A stretch of DNA of 21,762 bases from a virus. The notes under the pieces are model-generated. The model was not told the DNA's origin. It did not search any database and worked only from the letters and a program-made list of their open reading frames with translations. The translations under genes and the position numbers were made by a program. Below, piece by piece: positions 8,746 through 15,540 of this stretch. Within the stretch, counting starts at the first letter, position 1. Each line of letters opens with the position of its first letter. The stretch lies in the UHGV virus genome UHGV-0262451. One strand, written 5' to 3'.

Positions 8746-9600
8746 TCAGCAGTTCGTCATCAGGGCGTCACCGCCACCACCGGTGGCCTTGCTGCGGCGC
8801 TGCTGGGTCAGACTTTCGGTGTGGTCGAGACTGTTTTTCAGGCGGGTGAATGCCTGGCTGGTTTCATCCGCCCTGTCAGTCACCTCCTGCTTAAGTGCGG
8901 AAAATGCGGTTTCCATCTCAGCAAGGCGCTGCTCAGTGGCGCTCAGTTTTTCCTGCACATGTTCAGCAACAGCGGTCACCGCTTCATGCACGTCATTCAG
9001 ACGGGCGTCATCGCTGGCCTGTTTGCGGCCAAAAATGGATTTCACCTTTTCGGTCAGGGCGGTGAACACGGTTTCAGGCAGGTCTTCAAATTCCAGCTCA
9101 ACGGGCGTTGCCACTGAAATCAGGTTTTCAGGGCTTAATTTGAAGCGGTTCAGGGGGTTGTGTTTTGCCGTGCGGCAGAATTCCAGGTATTCCGTGCCGA
9201 GGCTTGCCGGGTCATCGGTGACGGCCAGCCCCACCAGATAACATTTGCCGGTGTTGGCAAAATTTGGCTGAATTTCCATTGAGGTGTAGACCTTCTGCGC
9301 GGCCTTGTTCATCGCGATAAGGTCATCGGTCGGGGTGATTTTCGCAAACAGCGCCCATTTGCCTTTCAGCGCCGAATCATCGTCAATCTTTTCGGCCTTC
9401 AGTTCGGCCACATCGCCATAACGCTTAAAAATACCGTCAGGCAGGATGCCGCGCAGATGTTCCAGGTTAATACGGCAACCATAGACTCGCGGGTCAAAGG
9501 TTTCGGCCATTTCCTGAATATCCTGCGCACTGATGACACGCCCGTCACAGGTGTCACCCTCAACGCCGATACGAAAGAATTTTGAGACTTTTTTTGCCAT
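8746..9600 (-). CDS. O: Capsid scaffold/protease gpO-like
   Basis: 284 aa from the internal start MAKKVSKFFRIGVEGDTCDGR... (P2 gpO size); the track ORF 8746-9666 begins 22 codons further upstream. Confidence 0.85.
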   Translation of the reverse strand: MAKKVSKFFRIGVEGDTCDGRVISAQDIQEMAETFDPRVYGCRINLEHLRGILPDGIFKRYGDVAELKAEKIDDDSALKGKWALFAKITPTDDLIAMNKAAQKVYTSMEIQPNFANTGKCYLVGLAVTDDPASLGTEYLEFCRTAKHNPLNRFKLSPENLISVATPVELEFEDLPETVFTALTEKVKSIFGRKQASDDARLNDVHEAVTAVAEHVQEKLSATEQRLAEMETAFSALKQEVTDRADETSQAFTRLKNSLDHTESLTQQRRSKATGGGGDALMTNC

Positions 9601-9773
9601 TGTCAGGAGTCCTGAATAGTGATTAGAGGAGTCACATGTCGGCATCAGTTTCCCGACGATGCGCATCCTCCGCCATCAGTCCCGGATGGCTTATCACTGA
9701 CACAACAGCACCTTAGCGAATCGCGGGGCGCGACTCAGTAGCCTTGCCGTGTATTCATCACGGCGAGGTATTC
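9601..9773. promoter_or_regulatory. Divergent late-promoter region between gene O (minus) and gene P (plus)
   Basis: 173-bp non-coding gap between two divergently transcribed late operons, as in P2 where Ogr-activated promoters sit here. A partial dyad (TGTCGG-N10-CCGAC, about 9637-9656) is visible, but I could not find a clean TGT-N12-ACA match. Confidence 0.5.
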
Positions 9774-11546
9774 ATGACCATCACCACAGACACCACTCTT
9801 TTACACGACCCGCGTCGTCAGGCGGCGCTGCTGTACTGGCAGGGGTTTTCCGTGCCGCAGATTGCCGCCATGTTGCAGATGAAACGCCCGACGGTGCAGA
9901 GCTGGAAACAGCGCGACGGCTGGGACAGCGTTGCCCCCATCAGCCGTGTCGAAATGAGTCTGGAAGCGCGGCTGACCCAGCTCATCATCAAACCGCAGAA
10001 AACCGGCGGTGACTTCAAGGAAATTGACCTGCTCGGACGCCAGATTGAACGACTGGCACGGGTAAACCGTTACAGTCAGACCGGCAACGAGGCAGACCTT
10101 AATCCGAACGTCGCTAACCGCAACAAAGGCGGGCGGCGCAAACCGAAAAAGAATTTTTTCAGTGACGAGGCCATCGAAAAGCTGGAGCAGATTTTCTTTG
10201 AGCAGTCTTTCGACTATCAGTTGCACTGGTATCGCGCCGGGCTTGAGCACCGCATCCGCGATATCCTGAAATCCCGCCAGATTGGCGCAACGTTTTATTT
10301 TTCCCGCGAGGCGCTGCTGCGCGCCCTGAAAACCGGCCATAACCAGATTTTTCTGTCGGCCAGTAAAACGCAGGCGTATGTGTTCCGCGAATACATCATC
10401 GCCTTTGCCCGTCTGGTTGACGTTGACCTGACCGGTGACCCGATTGTCCTGGGCAATAACGGCGCAAAACTGATTTTTCTCGGCACCAACTCCAATACCG
10501 CGCAGAGCCATAACGGCGACCTGTACGTCGACGAGATTTTCTGGATCCCGAATTTTCAGGTACTGCGTAAGGTGGCATCAGGTATGGCCTCACAGAGCCA
10601 CCTGCGCTCGACCTATTTCTCCACCCCGTCCACGCTGGCGCACGACGCCTACCCATTCTGGTCGGGTGAACTGTTCAACCGGGGACGCGCCAGCGCCGCC
10701 GAACGCGTGGAAATCGACGTCAGTCATAACGCCCTTGCCGGAGGGCTTCTCTGTGCGGACGGCCAGTGGCGGCAGATTGTCACCATTGAGGACGCCCTGA
10801 AAGGCGGCTGCACGCTGTTCGACATTGAGCAGCTCAAACGCGAAAACAGCGCCGACGATTTTAAAAACCTGTTCATGTGTGAATTTGTTGACGACAAGGC
10901 GTCGGTGTTCCCGTTCGAGGAGCTGCAACGCTGCATGGTCGACACGCTGGAAGAATGGGAAGACTATGCACCGTTTGCCGCCAATCCGTTCGGCTCCCGC
11001 CCGGTATGGATTGGTTACGACCCGTCACACCGTGGCGACAGCGCCGGATGCGTGGTGCTGGCACCGCCGGTGGTGGCCGGTGGCAAATTCAGAATACTTG
11101 AGCGTCACCAGTGGAAAGGCATGGACTTTGCCACCCAGGCTGAATCCATCCGCAAACTCACCGAAAAATACAACGTCGAATACATCGGAATTGATGCCAC
11201 CGGCCTCGGTGTCGGCGTGTTCCAGCTCGTGCGCTCGTTCTATCCCGCCGCGCGCGACATCCGCTACACACCGGAAATGAAAACCGCAATGGTGCTCAAG
11301 GCAAAAGACGTTATCCGCCGTGGCTGTCTGGAATATGACGTCAGCGCCACCGACATCACCAGCTCGTTTATGGCTATTCGCAAGACCATGACCAGCAGCG
11401 GACGCAGCGCCACCTATGAGGCCAGCCGCAGCGAGGAAGCCAGCCACGCCGATCTCGCCTGGGCGACCATGCACGCCCTGTTAAATGAGCCACTCACCGC
11501 CGGTATCAGCACCCCGCTGACATCCACCATTCTGGAGTTTTACTGA
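9774..11546 (+). CDS. P: Terminase large (ATPase) subunit gpP-like
   Basis: 590 aa from MTITTDTTLLHDPRRQAALLYWQGFSVPQIAAMLQ... (P2 gpP size and recalled N-terminus); GAGG SD upstream of the ATG at 9774. The track ORF starts 10 codons earlier at 9744. Confidence 0.9.
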   Translation: MTITTDTTLLHDPRRQAALLYWQGFSVPQIAAMLQMKRPTVQSWKQRDGWDSVAPISRVEMSLEARLTQLIIKPQKTGGDFKEIDLLGRQIERLARVNRYSQTGNEADLNPNVANRNKGGRRKPKKNFFSDEAIEKLEQIFFEQSFDYQLHWYRAGLEHRIRDILKSRQIGATFYFSREALLRALKTGHNQIFLSASKTQAYVFREYIIAFARLVDVDLTGDPIVLGNNGAKLIFLGTNSNTAQSHNGDLYVDEIFWIPNFQVLRKVASGMASQSHLRSTYFSTPSTLAHDAYPFWSGELFNRGRASAAERVEIDVSHNALAGGLLCADGQWRQIVTIEDALKGGCTLFDIEQLKRENSADDFKNLFMCEFVDDKASVFPFEELQRCMVDTLEEWEDYAPFAANPFGSRPVWIGYDPSHRGDSAGCVVLAPPVVAGGKFRILERHQWKGMDFATQAESIRKLTEKYNVEYIGIDATGLGVGVFQLVRSFYPAARDIRYTPEMKTAMVLKAKDVIRRGCLEYDVSATDITSSFMAIRKTMTSSGRSATYEASRSEEASHADLAWATMHALLNEPLTAGISTPLTSTILEFY

Positions 11547-12580
11547 TGAGTAAGAAAAAAGGGAAAACACCGCAACCTGCGGCAAAAAAAATGACCGCCA
11601 GCGCCCCGAAAATGGAGGCATTCACCTTTGGTGAGCCGGTGCCGGTACTCGACCGCCGTGACATTCTGGATTACGTCGAGTGCATCAGTAACGGCAGATG
11701 GTATGAGCCGCCGGTCAGCTTTACCGGTCTGGCGAAAAGCCTGCGTGCTGCCGTGCATCACAGCTCGCCGATTTACGTCAAACGCAATATTCTGGCCTCG
11801 ACATTTATCCCGCACCCGTGGCTTTCCCAGCAGGATTTCAGCCGCTTTGTGCTGGATTTTCTGGTGTTCGGTAATGCGTTTCTGGAAAAGCGTTACAGTA
11901 CCACCGGTAAGGTCATCAGACTGGAAACCTCACCGGCAAAATATACCCGCCGTGGCGTGGAGGAGGATGTTTACTGGTGGGTGCCGTCCTTCAACGAGCC
12001 GACAGCCTTCGCGCCCGGCTCCGTGTTTCACCTGCTGGAGCCGGATATCAATCAGGAACTGTACGGCCTGCCGGAATATCTCAGCGCCCTTAACTCTGCC
12101 TGGCTGAATGAGTCGGCCACGCTGTTCCGCCGCAAGTATTACGAAAACGGCGCTCATGCCGGATACATCATGTATGTCACCGATGCCGTGCAGGATCGCA
12201 ACGATATCGAAATGCTTCGCGAAAACATGGTTAAGTCGAAAGGCCGCAACAACTTTAAAAACCTGTTTCTCTATGCCCCACAGGGGAAAGCCGACGGCAT
12301 TAAAATTATCCCCCTCAGTGAAGTGGCGACGAAGGACGATTTTTTTAATATCAAAAAAGTCAGCGCCGCAGATCTCCTGGACGCACACCGCATCCCCTTT
12401 CAGTTGATGGGCGGTAAGCCGGAGAATGTCGGGTCACTGGGAGATATTGAGAAAGTGGCAAAGGTCTTTGTCCGCAATGAGCTTATCCCGTTACAGGACA
12501 GGATCCGCGAGATAAACGGCTGGCTCGGTCAGGAGGTCATCCGCTTTAAAAACTACTCACTGGACACTGACAACGGCTGA
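11546..12580 (+). CDS. Q: Portal protein gpQ-like
   Basis: 344-aa ORF (P2 gpQ size); start overlaps the P stop (TGATG); last gene before cos, as in P2. Confidence 0.9.
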   Translation: MSKKKGKTPQPAAKKMTASAPKMEAFTFGEPVPVLDRRDILDYVECISNGRWYEPPVSFTGLAKSLRAAVHHSSPIYVKRNILASTFIPHPWLSQQDFSRFVLDFLVFGNAFLEKRYSTTGKVIRLETSPAKYTRRGVEEDVYWWVPSFNEPTAFAPGSVFHLLEPDINQELYGLPEYLSALNSAWLNESATLFRRKYYENGAHAGYIMYVTDAVQDRNDIEMLRENMVKSKGRNNFKNLFLYAPQGKADGIKIIPLSEVATKDDFFNIKKVSAADLLDAHRIPFQLMGGKPENVGSLGDIEKVAKVFVRNELIPLQDRIREINGWLGQEVIRFKNYSLDTDNG

Positions 12581-12585
12581 ACATC

Positions 12586-12607
12586 GCCGCCTGCGGGCGG
12601 CTTTTTT
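12586..12607 (+). terminator. Rho-independent terminator of the P-Q operon
   Basis: GCCGCC-tgcg-GGCGGC hairpin (12586-12601) followed directly by TTTTTT (12602-12607), 6 nt after the Q stop codon. Confidence 0.75.
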
Positions 12608-12749
12608 ACACCCCGTCATCACGCCCTCACACACTCACCACCGCACAAAACAGCCCGCAGACACACCAACGCCCCGGTGCACAATCTAAACGCCATCAAG
12701 ACGCGCTCAGACGCTGAAAAAATAAAATCAGCACCACCGCCAGCGCGCA

Positions 12750-12768
12750 GTGCTTTCCCCGCCTCGCC
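12750..12768. other. cos site (cohesive-end sequence) of the P2-like genome
   Basis: GTGCTTTCCCCGCCTCGCC, the reverse complement of the 19-nt P2 cohesive end as I recall it (GGCGAGGCGGGGAAAGCAC), located just past Q where P2 cos lies. Confidence 0.7.
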
Positions 12769-13040
12769 TGCCCGCTTTATAGGTCGGGTTTAATGCAGTT
12801 GCGTGACCATTTTGGATCCGCGCCAGCTCTGGCCGCTCACGGCCAGAGCGTGCAAGGCTGACTCATGCAAAACCATGCACCTTATGCATTCATGGTTAAA
12901 TAACGATAACTCTGACTCAAATTATTGGTTTGTGTTGGTTTTATTTTGGTTAAGAGATGCGCATTGCACCAATAATACTGGATAGCAGCTTAATAATCAG
13001 CGCTGTTAACAACAGGATATTTGAAGTCATTACCATGGTA

Positions 13041-13070
13041 TTGACCAAGTTACTAAATCTCGGTGTTAAT
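13041..13070 (+). promoter_or_regulatory. Candidate sigma70-type promoter upstream of the cargo ORF
   Basis: TTGACC (13041-13046), 18 bp spacer, GTTAAT (13065-13070) in an AT-rich leader about 150 bp upstream of the ORF. Weak -10; position is speculative. Confidence 0.25.
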
Positions 13071-13221
13071 CAGGGATTGTCAGCGTCATATGTAACATCT
13101 CACGATATCCACATCAACAGCCTGTAGTTTGGCGGCTGATGGCACTTTGGGAGGCTTTCACTTTCACTCTATCTAATGTTACTATCGCGCCCATTACTAG
13201 GAAAATTACTTAATCATAACA

Positions 13222-14844
13222 ATGGGTAGTGATATGCAAATTCAAAGAGGCGTAATTTGGCATACATACACAACACAATCGCCAGAATATCAAGATGCCG
13301 AGAAATTTAGTTCAGACTTGATAAATACAGGGTTGTTTCTTGCAATACTAACGCCACACAACACATTCAAATATTTATCAAAAAACACACCATCCTCAAC
13401 AAAAATAAGCATGAGATATGAAAACAACGAAAATGCTGTTACTGTTGAGGGCGGTGATAAGATTCATGCGTCAGGTGTTTGCGCCCTAACTGCTACGGCT
13501 TTTTCCCAGTGTATAAACATTAGACTCTCTGAAAGAAAGCTTTTTCACACACCAGGTAATAATTATTACGAAAACATAATATGTTGTCAAAAGCCAATCC
13601 TAGTAAAAAATAACGATGTGGAATTTTTTATTCATCCAATTATTCGTCTCTATAAAAATGGGATAGCACATGTTACCTTTGTTGACACTGAGGAACGCAA
13701 TGTTGATTTGAATGATTTCATAAAAAACATTTTAAACCTACCTTTAAAACTAAACAGTTCGATTACTACCAGCATAGAGTTCGCCAAGAGTTCGTTACTG
13801 CTAGACTATTCAGGAATGCCACTACTTAGTAGACTGATAGCGAAGTGTAGTATTAAAAAGAGTTTAAAACTATTGAACGACAACTCTGAAGATCTAGAGG
13901 TTGGTGAATTTAAGGTTACAGGTAGATATATTGATTACACAAATTTAATGCAAATTCAGCATAATTTAAGTGACATCGCCAGATATGTGATTGCTATAAT
14001 ATTTGACAAAACAAAAAAAAGAACAATTAAAGATTATCTTTTAGGCAGAAATCTTTCTGAGTTTTATAACTTCTGGCAAGGTAAGCCAAGCGTCTATATC
14101 TTCGAGCACGATAATCAAAAAAACAATGCCACTGACAATTTTCAGAGTAATAAGTCGTTAGTTTATTCATTGCTGGGCAAAAATCACCTATTAACAAACA
14201 TAAAGCACACCAAGAAAATCATTGATCATCGTGCCTTTGATGATTTCAATTTTTTTTCTGAACAGTCTTTAGCACTGACTATACTTACATGTAAAGTTAA
14301 AAAAGAATTTTTTACCGGGACATATACAGAAGAAAATCTGATGTGGGACAATCAGGTTAAGAGTGATCTTAGAGATTTCATTTCCTTTTCATATGATTCA
14401 ACAATAGAAAAAATTGAAAATGAAAAAAGCCATCTTGGCCTTGCCAAAATACAAGAAGACATCCTTTTATTTGAAGAGTGGCTTAGGATTTTCTCAAGGA
14501 AGTATGGAGAGATACAAGACTTCACATTTAATACATTAAATTCAATCGATATAAAAAGGGCTCGTCAAAGCGTCATTGAATTGATAAAGTCAAGAATCCA
14601 AGTGCTAAAATTAATTGATGCCGACTTAAATGACAAAAGTAATAAGAAGATAACAATGGCCTTTGGTTTAATTGCATCGACATCATTATCCCCAATTTTA
14701 GTAAAGCCATTATTTGAAACACTAAACCTGTCACTTTTAATTAAGAAATCTGGACTCAAAAGCTATGAAGATGCAATTTACTTTGCCACATCCATGGTTT
14801 TGGTTTGGTTAATAATAAAGCTATTAAACTTCAGGAGAAAATAG
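13222..14844 (+). CDS. Hypothetical protein, 540 aa, AT-rich cargo gene in the cos-to-A variable locus; no recognisable catalytic motif; predicted C-terminal membrane hairpin
   Basis: Single long ORF in otherwise ORF-poor AT-rich DNA; codon usage dominated by AAA/AAT/ATT/TTA. Two hydrophobic stretches at the C-terminus (ITMAFGLIASTSLSPILV and AIYFATSMVLVWLIIKLL, then FRRK). Start may be the second ATG at 13234 (weak GGGTAG-like SD). Function is inferred from location only. Confidence 0.7.
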   Translation: MGSDMQIQRGVIWHTYTTQSPEYQDAEKFSSDLINTGLFLAILTPHNTFKYLSKNTPSSTKISMRYENNENAVTVEGGDKIHASGVCALTATAFSQCINIRLSERKLFHTPGNNYYENIICCQKPILVKNNDVEFFIHPIIRLYKNGIAHVTFVDTEERNVDLNDFIKNILNLPLKLNSSITTSIEFAKSSLLLDYSGMPLLSRLIAKCSIKKSLKLLNDNSEDLEVGEFKVTGRYIDYTNLMQIQHNLSDIARYVIAIIFDKTKKRTIKDYLLGRNLSEFYNFWQGKPSVYIFEHDNQKNNATDNFQSNKSLVYSLLGKNHLLTNIKHTKKIIDHRAFDDFNFFSEQSLALTILTCKVKKEFFTGTYTEENLMWDNQVKSDLRDFISFSYDSTIEKIENEKSHLGLAKIQEDILLFEEWLRIFSRKYGEIQDFTFNTLNSIDIKRARQSVIELIKSRIQVLKLIDADLNDKSNKKITMAFGLIASTSLSPILVKPLFETLNLSLLIKKSGLKSYEDAIYFATSMVLVWLIIKLLNFRRK

Positions 14845-14997
14845 ACAATGTAATACCTAAATGCCAATACTAATGTAATTACAAAAATCTTGGCTTAAAG
14901 TATTAGGATCGTAACTTCAACCATAGCTAACGCCTCGCTGGGCGAGTTGTTCAACCCCGCCAGCACTGAAAGCAAGTTTCAGCACCGGCGGCGTTTC

Positions 14998-15234
14998 CTA
15001 TGGTCGACGTGGCGGCAGTATTATCGGACCTCTCGCCGGTGTGAAGGCCTCAACTTTCTGATTGCTTATATCATGCAGCCGCCCGTAATTATCCCTGACG
15101 ATTTCAGCACACCCGACCAGTTCGGCGGGTGTCAGATTCTCATTGACCATTATTTGTTGCAGTCGATGCACAATACCCATCAGTTTTATGCTGTTGTTCT
15201 TATGCTGCGGAATTTCACGGTGTAGTCTGTGCAT
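14998..15234 (-). CDS. Hypothetical small protein (78 aa), translationally coupled to the upstream 101-aa ORF
   Basis: ATG at 15234-15232 directly follows the TAA of the 101-aa ORF; strong SD (GAAGGTGGAGA) 8 nt upstream. The opposite-strand 92-aa ORF (14947-15225) lacks such signals. Confidence 0.55.
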   Translation of the reverse strand: MHRLHREIPQHKNNSIKLMGIVHRLQQIMVNENLTPAELVGCAEIVRDNYGRLHDISNQKVEAFTPARGPIILPPRRP

Positions 15235-15540
15235 TTACCAGTCTCCACCTTCAACGTGTAACTTGTCTGAAATGAGCGCCGCTAACTCATGATTTGCTGA
15301 TGAATTTCTTCCGCTATGCGTATCCCCCAGAACCAACGCGAAGCCATCGCCACCCACCGTGTAATACTTAGCTTCCGGGAAGTGTTCCCGCACCTCCTGA
15401 CGCAGCTTTTCTAGCGCGGTAGAAAGACGATAAAATCGAGATGCCGCAGTCGGCATAACATCAGATAGCAAGTCACGCGCCGTGGTAATGCCTTCGCTAT
15501 CTTTAATAACTTGTTTTATTTCTTCGGTGTACATGGTCAT
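15235..15540 (-). CDS. Hypothetical protein (101 aa) immediately downstream of A; positional equivalent of P2 orf91
   Basis: ATG directly follows the TGA of gene A (TGAATG) with GGAG about 9 nt upstream. Sequence not recognised. Confidence 0.7.
   Translation of the reverse strand: MTMYTEEIKQVIKDSEGITTARDLLSDVMPTAASRFYRLSTALEKLRQEVREHFPEAKYYTVGGDGFALVLGDTHSGRNSSANHELAALISDKLHVEGGDW

Noticed and set aside
12803-12985. 60-aa plus-strand ORF in the cos-proximal intergenic region
   Set aside because: No SD, spans the hairpin and ATGCA repeat region, low-complexity product; more likely regulatory or packaging DNA.
13222-14844. Possibility that the cargo ORF is a homologue of P2 Old (ATPase-Toprim) or Tin
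   Set aside because: No Walker A/P-loop (GxxxxGK[ST]) or other ATPase signature is visible and the composition is very different; the C-terminal membrane hairpin is not a feature I associate with Old. A proper profile search is still needed.
14947-15225. 92-aa plus-strand ORF overlapping the 78-aa minus-strand ORF
   Set aside because: The minus-strand ORF has a strong SD and is start/stop-coupled to the A operon; the plus-strand ORF has neither.
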